Shown in pieces: positions 1 through 10,991 of a DNA stretch of 64,000 nucleotides. The notes beneath the pieces were generated by a model. It made no database searches. It saw nothing but the letters and a program-made list of their open reading frames with translations, and was not told the DNA's origin. The translations under genes and the position numbers were made by a program. The stretch is from SAR202 cluster bacterium (GTDB lineage Bacteria; Chloroflexota; Dehalococcoidia; Lucifugimonadales; UBA3495): assembly GCA_016872385.1 (NCBI GenBank), contig VGZV01000007.1:735-64734 (forward strand). The letters run 5' to 3'. Every line of letters begins with the position of its first letter. Positions within the stretch are counted from its first letter, which is position 1.

Positions 1-420
1 CCGGGCTACCTCCACCGGCAAATCCAGCAAGATAGTCAGTTGGGGAGTCAGCCCGCTGGTGGCGGCGGCGTTCAGGCTATGAATCAACGCCATGTCCAGG
101 CCACGCCCGTAGCCCTGGTAGGCCACCGTGGAAGCGGTGAAACGGTCGCAAAGGACGTTGATGCCCTTGGATAAGGCGGGTTGGATGACTTCTGCCACCA
201 GTTGGGCACGGGCTGCGGAGAACAACAACAGTTCGGCCATTGGCGAGGGGCTGGTGCTGCCTTTGAGACAGCGGCGAAGCTGTTCACCCAGGGGGGTGCC
301 TCCAGGTTCGCGGGTGGCGGCCACCGGCAGGCCGTGGCGCTGAAAACGCTGCTTCAGGGCGCGGACCTGGGTGCTCTTACCCGCCCCGTCGCCCCCCTCA
401 AAGACGATAAAAACGGCCAC
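1..420 (-). CDS. tmk: Thymidylate kinase (3' end runs off the window)
   Basis: Not in ORF track. Manual translation from GTG at 420: MAVFIVFEGGDGAGKSTQ...TREPGGTPLGE...ELLLFSAARAQ...CDRFTASTVAYQGYGRG, the dTMP kinase motifs. Confidence 0.95.
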   Translation of the reverse strand, partial: MAVFIVFEGGDGAGKSTQVRALKQRFQRHGLPVAATREPGGTPLGEQLRRCLKGSTSPSPMAELLLFSAARAQLVAEVIQPALSKGINVLCDRFTASTVAYQGYGRGLDMALIHSLNAAATSGLTPQLTILLDLPVEVAR

Positions 421-432
421 GGCTGCGTAAGG

Positions 433-2067
<1,635 letters not shown>

Positions 2068-2068
2068 A

Positions 2069-3025
2069 TCATGCCTCCACCGGAGCCATGCCCCGCTGCA
2101 ATACCCGGGCCGCCACCGAGGCGGCAAGCACGTCATACCCCGCCACCGGCTGGAGGCCACGGTGCTGCAACGCGCTGGCTACATGGGTCAGATAGTCCGG
2201 CACCAGCCAGTGGTGTGCCCCAGGCTGGGCTGATGCCAACTCCAGGAAGGATTCTACAGCTTTGGGGTGTTCCGGATGGACTGTCGCCCTTCCAATAATA
2301 CCCTGGCTGACCGGGCTTAGGGACATCCAGCCCACCAGCCGTCCATCAACCTGAATTACCCATTCTTGGCCGCGGCGGCACAGCGGCTCCTGCAACTCTT
2401 GCCACTGATCAAAGGTCAGGGCCAGTGCATCCCGCACCGGCGCAGGGGTGGTGGCCGAGTAAAGCTGGAACAGGGAAAAGTCGTCCTGGGGGGCGCGGGC
2501 TGACGGTTCCTGCAATGGGGGTGCAAGTTTGTCTGAGCTGACCACAGTCAAAGCGCCGGTCAAGAGGCTCTCTCGAAAGCACGGGAAGAATCCGGCGCGC
2601 TGGGCCGCGGGCATTAGCGGACTGTCCGCGGCCAGACGGAGCAAAATGCGCTGGGCGGACCGCTCGGTCGCCAGCAAAATCAGCCCGCCCAATAGCTCAG
2701 TGACGGTGCGCGCGGCCAGACTATCGCCGCCAGGGGCCAGGTACAAGGCGGGCACTACGCCCTCACCCAAATACAGCCGGTCAATTTCCCACAGCTTACC
2801 GGAATTACGGATGTGGGCCGAGGCCAGGCCCCCCAGGTGCATTCCTTCCCAGGATACTGTGGTCAAGCGGTGCCGGCTCTGGGAAAAGGTTTCCCGCCAG
2901 AACCGGATGTTGCTGGGGTAGCCAGTGCCCAGCAGGCTTTCCCTGGTGCAAGCAAGGTTTGGCCCGCGGGGGGCGTTGAAGAGGATGCAGCGCAGGGCGT
3001 CAGTGATGCGGAAAGCCTGCATCAT
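2069..3025 (-). CDS. Hypothetical protein, possibly tandem GNAT-like folds
   Basis: 318-aa ORF overlapping the pdxT stop; WEIDRL and AQRAGF segments resemble GNAT elements (weak). Confidence 0.5.
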   Translation of the reverse strand: MMQAFRITDALRCILFNAPRGPNLACTRESLLGTGYPSNIRFWRETFSQSRHRLTTVSWEGMHLGGLASAHIRNSGKLWEIDRLYLGEGVVPALYLAPGGDSLAARTVTELLGGLILLATERSAQRILLRLAADSPLMPAAQRAGFFPCFRESLLTGALTVVSSDKLAPPLQEPSARAPQDDFSLFQLYSATTPAPVRDALALTFDQWQELQEPLCRRGQEWVIQVDGRLVGWMSLSPVSQGIIGRATVHPEHPKAVESFLELASAQPGAHHWLVPDYLTHVASALQHRGLQPVAGYDVLAASVAARVLQRGMAPVEA

Positions 3026-3636
3026 TCTCTCTGGGACGGGCTAACCCGCCTGGTGAGGTTGATGAAGTATTGGTGGAGCCGCAGGTCGCCGGTCAATTCC
3101 GGATGGAACGAGGTGACCAGCACATTCCCCTGCTGGGCAGCCACCGGCCGTCCATCGGGCAGTTGTGCCAGTACCTGCACGCCCTCGCCTACTCCCTGGA
3201 TAGCCGGTGCCCGGATGAAGATGGCGTGAAAAGGGTCGCCATTAATCCCGGCGATGTCCAAGTCCTGCTCAAAGCTGTCCACCTGGCGACCAAAGGCGTT
3301 GCGCTGCACTACCACGTCCATAATTCCCAGGGGCACAGGGTCATGCTCCGTGATTTCCCGGGCCAGCATAATCATGCCCGCGCAGGTTCCCCATACCGGT
3401 TCGCCCTGGCGGGCCATCTGCGTGATAGGCTCACGCAAGTGATAAATGCTCATCAACCGGCTCAAAGTGGTGCTTTCACCGCCGGGGATAATGAGGCCGT
3501 CCAGGCCTGACAGCTCTTCAGGGAGCCGCACTTCCCGGGTCTCCACAAGCAGCTTTTTAAGGGTGGCGATGTGTTCGGCGAAGTCTCCCTGCAGAGCCAG
3601 GACGCCGATTTTCACGGGCTGCCGGTGGCCTGACAT
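3022..3636 (-). CDS. pdxT: PLP synthase glutaminase subunit
   Basis: GVLALQGDF, PGGESTT, GTCAG, RNAFGRQVDSFE, FHPE; next to pdxS. Confidence 0.97.
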   Translation of the reverse strand: MSGHRQPVKIGVLALQGDFAEHIATLKKLLVETREVRLPEELSGLDGLIIPGGESTTLSRLMSIYHLREPITQMARQGEPVWGTCAGMIMLAREITEHDPVPLGIMDVVVQRNAFGRQVDSFEQDLDIAGINGDPFHAIFIRAPAIQGVGEGVQVLAQLPDGRPVAAQQGNVLVTSFHPELTGDLRLHQYFINLTRRVSPSQRE

Positions 3637-3669
3637 ATCAAAGCAACTCTTGGTGCGGGCGCAAAGAGA

Positions 3670-4560
3670 CTAGATGCTCCGCGGGGCCAGGAGTTGTTCC
3701 TTGGGGATGCTGCGGGCGCTGATGCCCACCATAGCTTCGCCCAGGTCCTTGGACACTTCCGCCAGAATTTTGGGGTCTTTGTAGTGGGTGACCGCCTGGA
3801 CTATAGCGTAGGCCCGGCGCGCCGGGTCGCCGGACTTGAATATGCCGGAACCTACAAACACGCCATCGGCGCCCAACTGCATCATCAGCGCGGCGTCGGC
3901 GGGGGTGGCTACGCCGCCGGCGGCAAAGTTGACTACCGGCAGCCGCCCCAGTTCACGGGTCTTGGTAAGCAGTTCCAGACTCACTGCCAGATTGCGGGCT
4001 TCTACCACCAGTTCATCCTCTGGCATGGTCTTGAGCTTGCGGATGGCGTCCTGCACCGCCCGCATGTGGCGGACCGCCTCCACCACGTCGCCGGTGCCCG
4101 CTTCGCCCTTGGTGCGGATCATAGCAGCGCCTTCCGAGATGCGGCGCAGGGCCTCCCCCAGGTCGCGGCATCCGCAGACAAAGGGGACCTTGAAGTCGTG
4201 CTTCCAAACGTGGTGGACTTCGTCGGCGGGGGTCAGCACCTCCGACTCGTCAATGTAGTCCACGCCCAGGGCTTCCAGGATTTGGGCTTCCACAAAATGC
4301 CCGATGCGGCACTTGGCCATCACTGGAATACTTACGGCATCAATAATCTCGCAGATTTTGGAAGGGTCGCTCATGCGGGCCACGCCGCCCTGGGCGCGGA
4401 TATCCGCCGGTACGCGCTCCAGCGCCATAACTGCCACAGCGCCTGCCTCTTGAGCAATTCGGGCCTGCTGGGCACTGACCACATCCATGATAACCCCGCC
4501 CTTTAGCATCTGGGCGTGCCCCGCCTTGACGGTAAAGGTGCCGGTCAGAACCTCAACCAT
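3670..4560 (-). CDS. pdxS: PLP synthase lyase subunit
   Basis: [29 protein letters not shown]; ATG at 4560 with GGAGG RBS. Confidence 0.97.
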   Translation of the reverse strand: MVEVLTGTFTVKAGHAQMLKGGVIMDVVSAQQARIAQEAGAVAVMALERVPADIRAQGGVARMSDPSKICEIIDAVSIPVMAKCRIGHFVEAQILEALGVDYIDESEVLTPADEVHHVWKHDFKVPFVCGCRDLGEALRRISEGAAMIRTKGEAGTGDVVEAVRHMRAVQDAIRKLKTMPEDELVVEARNLAVSLELLTKTRELGRLPVVNFAAGGVATPADAALMMQLGADGVFVGSGIFKSGDPARRAYAIVQAVTHYKDPKILAEVSKDLGEAMVGISARSIPKEQLLAPRSI

Positions 4561-4821
4561 TGTCCAATTCCTCCAAAAAGGCGTAAACCTACTGCCACTT
4601 CGTGTAGCAACATTATACGCTGTCCGGCGCGGGCTAATCAAATGGAACCAGGCTGGGCCAATGCGCTGTTATAAGGCCGGCGGATTTGCATGGGCAAAAA
4701 ATGGACCAGTTGGCTTGTCCGAGGTCATTTTTGGGTATCTCAACAAATTTAAGGCTGTCACGGGATGCGCACCGCCGTCGCTGATGCTATAATGCCCGCG
4801 TAATTCCAAGGAGGTGGGTAG

Positions 4822-5700
4822 TTGGAAGCGTTTGAATATACCGCACCAAAAACTATTGCCGACGCCGTGGCAGCCTTGGCCTCGAAGGGCGATCAGGCCC
4901 GTGCGCTGGCGGGCGGCACCGACCTGCTGGTCCAGCTCCGCGGCGGCCGCCGCCGTGCCCAGTTGGTGGTGGATGTCAAGGGCGTTCCGGAACTCAATCA
5001 GATTTCCTATAGCGCCAGGACTGGCCTCACCCTGGGAGCAGCCGTCCCTTGCTGCCTGGTGTACCAGAACAAATCTGTGGCCTCTGCATACCCCGGTCTT
5101 ATTGACCCGGCGTCCTTGATTGGCAGCATTCAAATTCAGGGCCGGGCTACCATTGGAGGCAACCTGTGCAACTCCGCTCCCAGCGGGGACTCCATCCCAG
5201 CCATTATTGCGCTGGGCGGCGTGTGCAACATTGCTGGGTCAGGCGGCAAGACTCGCCAGGTGCCAGCGGAGCAGTTCTGCACCGGGCCGGGGCGCAACGT
5301 TCTGCAGCCGGGAGAACTGCTGGTTTCCATACATCTTCCGCCGCCTGCGGCCAACTCCGGGGCTAACTATCAGCGGTTCATTCCCCGCAACGAGATGGAC
5401 ATCGCGGTTGCTGGCGTTGGCACCAGCGTAGTGCTGGATAGTTCCAAGCGCAATTTCGTTTCCGCCCGCATTGCGCTGGCTTCCGTGGCGCCCACGCCGG
5501 TCTTTGCCAAAAAGGCGGGGGACAGCCTGGCGGGCAAGCCGGTCTCCGATGCCGCCATTGAAGAGGCCGCCAAGCTGGCGATGGCCGACGCCAAGCCCAT
5601 TGACGACATGCGGGGCACCATTAAACAGCGTACCCATCTGGTGGGCGTGCTGACCCGCCGGACACTTCAGACCGCCATAAAGCGGGCCAGGGGGGAATAG
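4822..5700 (+). CDS. Xanthine dehydrogenase/CoxM-family FAD-binding subunit
   Basis: AGGTDL, IQGRATIGGNLCNSAPSGD, PIDDMRG motifs; GGAGG RBS. Confidence 0.92.
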   Translation: MEAFEYTAPKTIADAVAALASKGDQARALAGGTDLLVQLRGGRRRAQLVVDVKGVPELNQISYSARTGLTLGAAVPCCLVYQNKSVASAYPGLIDPASLIGSIQIQGRATIGGNLCNSAPSGDSIPAIIALGGVCNIAGSGGKTRQVPAEQFCTGPGRNVLQPGELLVSIHLPPPAANSGANYQRFIPRNEMDIAVAGVGTSVVLDSSKRNFVSARIALASVAPTPVFAKKAGDSLAGKPVSDAAIEEAAKLAMADAKPIDDMRGTIKQRTHLVGVLTRRTLQTAIKRARGE

Positions 5701-5702
5701 TC

Positions 5703-6185
5703 ATGCCCGGACTTGTTCACGTTCAGACCACCATCAACGGCAACGAAGTAAATTTCCTGTGCGAGCCGCGGCAGAGCCTGCTGGAGTGCCTGCGGGACGT
5801 GCTGGGTATGACCGGCACCAAGGAAGGCTGCAACGACGGAAACTGCGGCGCTTGCACGGTGCTGCTGGACGGGCGCATTGTAACGTCCTGCCTGGTGCTG
5901 GGTGTTGAAGCCCAGGGCCGGCAGATAACTACCATTGAAGGTCTGGCCACGCCCCAGGGCCTGCATCCCTTGCAGCAGGCCTTCTTGGAGCAGGCTGCCC
6001 TGCAATGCGGTATCTGCACTCCCGGATTTATCATGGCCTCCAAGGCTCTGCTGGACAAGGAGCCCGAGGCTGACGAGGGCCGTATCCGCCACTGGCTGGC
6101 GGGCAACCTCTGCCGCTGCACCGGATATGACAAGATTGTCCGCGCGGTGCTCCAGGCCGAGGACATGATCAAGGCCAAAAAGTAA
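5703..6185 (+). CDS. CoxS-family 2x[2Fe-2S] subunit
   Basis: GTKEGCNDGNCGACTV, QCGICTPG, GNLCRCTGY. Confidence 0.95.
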   Translation: MPGLVHVQTTINGNEVNFLCEPRQSLLECLRDVLGMTGTKEGCNDGNCGACTVLLDGRIVTSCLVLGVEAQGRQITTIEGLATPQGLHPLQQAFLEQAALQCGICTPGFIMASKALLDKEPEADEGRIRHWLAGNLCRCTGYDKIVRAVLQAEDMIKAKK

Positions 6186-6327
6186 CTGGGCTGTTGCCTG
6201 GCCGTTGACAGGGGTGCGGCATGCCGTGCCCCTGTTGCTTTTTGCAGCCGGCCAAAATCTTGCATCAGCCCGTCTGCCTGCGGGGAAGGTGCGTCCCCGC
6301 CGCGAGATGGGCGAGCATGGAGGCGTG

Positions 6328-6894
6328 ATGACGACTCCATTAGGTTGGGCCACAAGCTTGGGCAACCAGGCTGTGCAGTTGGATATAGGCAGCGGGTGGC
6401 AGGTCCGCAGCTGGCGGCCAGAGGACCGCGTCTCCCTGGCCAAGTATGCCAACAACCGGAAAATCTGGATTAACCTGCGGGATGCTTTTCCCCATCCCTA
6501 CACCAGCGCCGACGCCTTTGATTGGATTCGCCAGTGCTCCCGTAACAAGCCCCCAACCCAGTTTGCCATCGCCTCTGCTGCGGAAGCTGTCGGCGCCATC
6601 GGGTTTCTACTCCAGAACGATATTTACCGCCGCTCGGCGGAGATTGGCTATTGGCTTGGCGAACCCTTTTGGGGCCAGGGAATCACCACCAGGGCTGTGT
6701 GCGCCGTTACAGAGTACGCCTTTGCCAACTTTGACCTGATGCGCCTGTTTGCCACGGTATTTGCATGGAACCCCGCCTCTGCACGGGTCCTGGAGAAATC
6801 TGGGTACTCCCTGGAAGGCCGGATGCGGAAGAGCGCAACCAAAGACGGCCAGGTCATTGACCAGTTGTTGTACGCCAAAGTCCTGGAAGATTAA
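6328..6894 (+). CDS. RimJ/RimL-type GNAT acetyltransferase
   Basis: NLRDAFPHPYT, AEIGYWLGEPFWGQG, NPASARVLEKSGY; start chosen from GGAGG upstream of ATG 6328 (uncertain). Confidence 0.85.
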   Translation: MTTPLGWATSLGNQAVQLDIGSGWQVRSWRPEDRVSLAKYANNRKIWINLRDAFPHPYTSADAFDWIRQCSRNKPPTQFAIASAAEAVGAIGFLLQNDIYRRSAEIGYWLGEPFWGQGITTRAVCAVTEYAFANFDLMRLFATVFAWNPASARVLEKSGYSLEGRMRKSATKDGQVIDQLLYAKVLED

Positions 6895-6912
6895 CTGTGG
6901 GGAGGCACGGCG

Positions 6913-7212
6913 GTGGCTAAGGTGTTTATACCTACCATGCTCCAGTCCCTTACCGGCGGGATCAAACAAGTCCAAGTGGAAGGCCGGAACGTGCGACAAC
7001 TGATTGACCGGCTGGATGAGCTATTTCCCGGCATCAAGTCCCGGTTGGTGGAGGCTGGCCGCATCCGCTCCAACCTGGCGGTGTCCGTGGATGGAGATGT
7101 GGCGCGCATGGGAACGCTGGAGCCAGTGAACGAGGACAGCGAAGTGCATTTTGTGCCGGCCATCGGCGGCGGCATCCACCGACGTTCAGCAAGTCATCAG
7201 TATTCTGGTTGA
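6913..7212 (+). CDS. MoaD/ThiS-family sulfur carrier with C-terminal extension after GGG
   Basis: Beta-grasp pattern ending EVHFVPAIGGG followed by IHRRSASHQYSG. Confidence 0.85.
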   Translation: MAKVFIPTMLQSLTGGIKQVQVEGRNVRQLIDRLDELFPGIKSRLVEAGRIRSNLAVSVDGDVARMGTLEPVNEDSEVHFVPAIGGGIHRRSASHQYSG

Positions 7213-7237
7213 CTGCCCTAACGCAGCCCCGTACAAT
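7209..7237 (+). promoter_or_regulatory. Sigma70-type promoter
   Basis: TTGACT-17 nt-TACAAT. Confidence 0.65.
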
Positions 7238-7386
7238 GGGGCCAATAGGGGTTCACTACCTGGGCGCTATTTCGTTTTTAAAGGGGCGGGAGTTGTCCAG
7301 GTGAAACCGGCCCACTGATCCGTCCCCCAGTCTTTATGACTCCCCAGTTGACAGATGGCCCAATCTTGCCGGACCAGTGAGCGTAC

Positions 7387-7845
7387 ATGGTCAAGAAAGC
7401 AAAATCGCGAGTGGAAAACCTGGTTTCGGCGGGGGGCGTCGTCTATCGCCGGGTCAATGGACAACTCCAGATAGTGCTATGCGGCCGCAAAGACCCCATG
7501 CGGTGGAGCTTGGCTAAGGGCACGCCAGATCCAGGAGAAACCATAGAGAGTACTGCCTTGCGGGAAGTGCGGGAAGAGACGGGGCTGGACGTCAAAGTGG
7601 AAGCCCCCATCGGCAGCATCAACTACTGGTTTGCCGATCCCCAGGGGGAAGTAAGGTACCACAAGACCGTCCACTTTTACTTGATGGTGCCTACTGGCGG
7701 GGATACCGACCGGCATGACCCGGAGTTTGACGTGGTGCAGTGGTTCTCTGCGGATGAGGCGCTCCAGGCCTTGACTTACGCCAACGAGGCGGACGTACTG
7801 CGCCAGGCCCTGGTATTGATTGCCAAGGTCAAGGAAGAAGCATAG
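7387..7845 (+). CDS. NUDIX hydrolase
   Basis: Nudix box KGTPDPGETIESTALREVREETG. Confidence 0.93.
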   Translation: MVKKAKSRVENLVSAGGVVYRRVNGQLQIVLCGRKDPMRWSLAKGTPDPGETIESTALREVREETGLDVKVEAPIGSINYWFADPQGEVRYHKTVHFYLMVPTGGDTDRHDPEFDVVQWFSADEALQALTYANEADVLRQALVLIAKVKEEA

Positions 7846-7847
7846 CA

Positions 7848-8489
7848 ATGGTGGAGTTGCACGGCGCACGGGTTGTGCTGCGGGATAAACGACTGGAGGA
7901 CGCCGAGCGCGACTACATCTGGCGCTGTGATCCGGAGATTGCCCGGTTGGACGCCACCTATCCCCTGACCATGACCTTTGAGCGGTACTTGAAGATGTTT
8001 CAAGATCAGCTCCGGTATCCTACTCCTGGCTCCAAGCACTTGGCCATTGACACGCTGGATGGCAAGTTCATTGGCAACTGCATGTACTACGACCTGGACT
8101 CGGTGAACCTGGAAGCGGAAGTGGGAATAGTCATTGGCGACCGGGACTACTGGAGCAACGCCTATGGCTACGATGCGGTGGTGACTCTGCTGGATTACGT
8201 CTTCCGCGAGCTAAAATTGCAGCGGGCCTATTTGCATACCCTGGACTGGAACAAACGCGCCCAGCGTTGCTTTACCAAATGCGGATTCAAGCCAGTGCGG
8301 CTGGTGCGGCGCTTCTCTTTGGACTTTTTGCTTATGGAAGTTTTGAGGGATGCCTGGCTGGCCCAGGTTGATTCCCTGCTGGCCGCCCGGTGGGACCGGC
8401 CGTTGAACGGCGCCGGCGCTCCCGCCACGGAAAAGCCGCCCTCCCGCTTTAGCCATCCCGTGCCGCCGCCAGGGCCTCAGCCAGCCTGA
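7848..8489 (+). CDS. RimJ/RimL-type GNAT acetyltransferase
   Basis: AEVGIVIGDRDYWSNAYG, WNKRAQRCFTKCGF. Confidence 0.85.
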   Translation: MVELHGARVVLRDKRLEDAERDYIWRCDPEIARLDATYPLTMTFERYLKMFQDQLRYPTPGSKHLAIDTLDGKFIGNCMYYDLDSVNLEAEVGIVIGDRDYWSNAYGYDAVVTLLDYVFRELKLQRAYLHTLDWNKRAQRCFTKCGFKPVRLVRRFSLDFLLMEVLRDAWLAQVDSLLAARWDRPLNGAGAPATEKPPSRFSHPVPPPGPQPA

Positions 8490-9171
8490 CCGCGCCGGTG
8501 TAAAGGGCGCGCCCTAGAATCACGCCTTCCACGCCAGACCTCTTTAGCTGGCGGATGTGCTCCACACTCGCTACACCCCCGGAAGCCAGTACCGCCAGGC
8601 CAGTCCGCTGCACCAGCGCCGCGTTGGCGGCGTAGTTGGGGCCGGTGAGGGTGCCGTCCCGGGAAATATCCGTGTAAAGCAGGCGGCGCACCCCCAGGAC
8701 TGACATCTCCTGGGCCAAATCCAGGGCACTGACTGCACTAGTCTCCCGCCAGCCTCGGGTGGCAACCTGGCCGTCCCGGGCGTCAATGGCGACCACCACC
8801 CGCTGGCTGCCATAGCGCTGGCACAGTTCTTGCACCAGGCTGGGGTTCTCTACGGCTACTGTCCCCAGGACTACTCGGCTTGCCCCGGCGTGAAGGAGTG
8901 CGTCAGCCGTATCCAGGTCGCGGATGCCGCCCCCCACTTGCACGGGAATGGCCAGAGCCTGGAGGATGGCAGTAATGACCTTCAAGTTAGCTGGCTGGCC
9001 CTGCGCGGCTCCGTCCAGGTCCACCAGGTGGAGGCGGGGCGCGCCCTGGCTTTGCCAGTCCAGGGCCACGGCCACCGGGTCCTCGGCAAATACGGTCTCC
9101 TGCTGGTAGTCGCCCTGGTAGAGCCGGACACACCGGCCAGCCCGGATATCAATGGCGGGAATGACTTCCAT
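8449..9171 (-). CDS. hisA: ProFAR isomerase
   Basis: MEVIPAIDIRAGRCVRLYQGD, HLVDLDGA, QVGGGIR, TDISRDG; start trimmed to ATG 9171. Confidence 0.96.
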   Translation of the reverse strand: MEVIPAIDIRAGRCVRLYQGDYQQETVFAEDPVAVALDWQSQGAPRLHLVDLDGAAQGQPANLKVITAILQALAIPVQVGGGIRDLDTADALLHAGASRVVLGTVAVENPSLVQELCQRYGSQRVVVAIDARDGQVATRGWRETSAVSALDLAQEMSVLGVRRLLYTDISRDGTLTGPNYAANAALVQRTGLAVLASGGVASVEHIRQLKRSGVEGVILGRALYTGAVRLAEALAAARDG

Positions 9172-9188
9172 GACTCCCTGAAAACTGG

Positions 9189-9827
9189 TCAGCGGTGCGT
9201 GGCGGAACGGCGGGCCATATGGTCGGCAATGAAAGTCACAAAGTTGCGGTAGATGCGCAGCCCCAGCGCGCCGCTCTTTTCCGGGTGGAACTGAGTGGCC
9301 GCCAGGTTGTCCTTGGCATAAACGCTGCAAAAGGGAATGCCGTATTCCGTGACTCCTGCCACACCCTCCCGGTCCAGTGGGTCGGCGTAGTAGCTGTGTA
9401 CAAAGTAGAACTGGGTGTCCTGGGGGATGTCCTGGAACAGGGGGTGCGGCTTCTGGAAGCGCACGCTATTCCAGCCCATGTGTGGCACCTTGAGGCCGGC
9501 GGGAAGACGCCGCACGCGGCCCTTCAAGATACCCAGGCACGGAGCGTCGCCCTCCTCAGTGCGTTCCAGCAGAAGCTGAAGCCCCAGGCACACGCCCAGG
9601 AATGGGCGGCCCGAGCCGGCAAACTGGCGCAGCGGCTCCACCAGCCCGCGTTCCCGCAGCGCAGACATGGCTGCCGGACCGGAGCCAACACCAGGCAGAA
9701 TCAGCCCGTCGGCGGTGTCCAACAGCCCGGGGTCTCCTGTCACCACCGGCGCAACTCCCACCGACTCCAGCGCCTTGGCCACGCTTCGCAGGTTGCCGGA
9801 CTGGTAATCAATAACCACGATGTTCAT
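9189..9827 (-). CDS. hisH: IGP synthase glutaminase subunit
   Basis: DYQSGNLRSV, GVCLGLQ, VPHMGWN, YFVHSY, QFHPEKS. Confidence 0.96.
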   Translation of the reverse strand: MNIVVIDYQSGNLRSVAKALESVGVAPVVTGDPGLLDTADGLILPGVGSGPAAMSALRERGLVEPLRQFAGSGRPFLGVCLGLQLLLERTEEGDAPCLGILKGRVRRLPAGLKVPHMGWNSVRFQKPHPLFQDIPQDTQFYFVHSYYADPLDREGVAGVTEYGIPFCSVYAKDNLAATQFHPEKSGALGLRIYRNFVTFIADHMARRSATHR

Positions 9828-9863
9828 GGAATGGTTCTCAGAGGGTGTGATAAAAGATCGCTA

Positions 9864-10058
9864 AGGGCTTGTGTTAAAAGTGCCCGCTCATGGGCTTTGC
9901 CCAAAATGTAATTCTGAGTCCCGATGCAATCGGGACTCAGGGTGACAATAATTGGCTGCAAAACGTTACTGACTATCGAAATGCATACTTTTTGGGCAAG
10001 GCCCCCGCTCATGGTTCGACAAGCTCACCACGAGCGGTCTACTTTTGACACGGGCTCT
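9864..10058. mobile_element. MITE with IS5-like ends containing a REP-like hairpin and a nested second MITE
   Basis: Imperfect TIR AGGGCTTGTGTTAAAAGT / ACTTTTGACACGGGCTCT. Confidence 0.7.
9893..10003. mobile_element. Nested MITE with GGCTTTG ends
   Basis: TIR GGCTTTGCCCAAAA / TTTTGGGCAAGGCC; direct repeat CCCGCTCATG on both sides. Confidence 0.85.
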
Positions 10059-10066
10059 CAGGCCGC

Positions 10067-10274
10067 ACATGAGTCATCCCTAATTTTCGGCCAGATTTGT
10101 AGTGAGAGGAGCCAACTTGGCACGGCCCCGTCATTCCATCCTTCGGCTGAAGGATGGAATCCAGTTGCCGCTCTGGGTTCCGGCCTCGCCGGAACGACGA
10201 CATAGTCGCCCTGGACTTGGCCTGGGTTGGTGCAGTTGTCATTCCTTGTTGTCAAACTCTGGGATGACTCATGT
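10067..10274. mobile_element. MITE-like element with GTCA-type REP pair inside
   Basis: Perfect 14-bp IR ACATGAGTCATCCC / GGGATGACTCATGT; internal CGTCATTCC...GGAATCCAG and TTCCGGC...GCCGGAACGACG. Confidence 0.7.
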
Positions 10275-10286
10275 ACCACGGGAATT

Positions 10287-10871
10287 CTACGCCCTTTCCC
10301 CTGTCACCCGCTCCAGGGGCAGCTCTCGGTCTTCGTAGCGGGCCAGGACAAACAGCAGGTCGCCCAGGCGGTTCAGGTACTGAATGACCAGTTCATTGGT
10401 CAGTTTCCCGGCCTCTCGCAGGGCCACCACCCGGCGCTCGCCGGTGCGGACAATGGTGCGGGCCAGGTCAATGGCGGACGAAGCCGGAGAGCCGCCGGGC
10501 AGGATAAACACCTTGGGCATTTCCACTCCCTGCTCCAGGGAGTCAATGGTGTTTTCCAGATTTTCAACCATCTGCTCGGTCACCGGCTTGAAGTGTTGCT
10601 TGAACATCTCGTACTTTTCCGGATCGGTGGCCAGTTCCGCCGCAATGGTGAAAAGCTCCTTCTGAAGCTCCCGCAGAATCTCTTTCACCCGCTGGTCCTG
10701 GGACAAAGCGCGGGCCAAGCCCATGGCGGAAACTGCTTCGTCGGTAACGCCGTAAGCCTCGCTGTGGGGGTTGTTCTTGGAGACGCGCCCCCCGTAAAGA
10801 AGGCTGGTTTCACCCTTGTCGCCGAACTTGGTATATATACGCTTCCGGTAGGAAGACGATGAGGAAGTCAT
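10287..10871 (-). CDS. PduO-type cob(I)alamin adenosyltransferase
   Basis: IYTKFGDKGET, EAYGVTDE, FILPGG, ARTIVRTGER, YLNRLGDLLFVLAR. Confidence 0.93.
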   Translation of the reverse strand: MTSSSSSYRKRIYTKFGDKGETSLLYGGRVSKNNPHSEAYGVTDEAVSAMGLARALSQDQRVKEILRELQKELFTIAAELATDPEKYEMFKQHFKPVTEQMVENLENTIDSLEQGVEMPKVFILPGGSPASSAIDLARTIVRTGERRVVALREAGKLTNELVIQYLNRLGDLLFVLARYEDRELPLERVTGERA

Positions 10872-10991
10872 AGCTGAACCCTCAACCTGCAAATGGCCGC
10901 AGGGGCAGTCCTGAAGGCCAATTATAGCATGGATAGCATCAAAATTTGGGGGAGGCTATACTGGCTGCACTAAAGTTGAGGTAACGCATCC

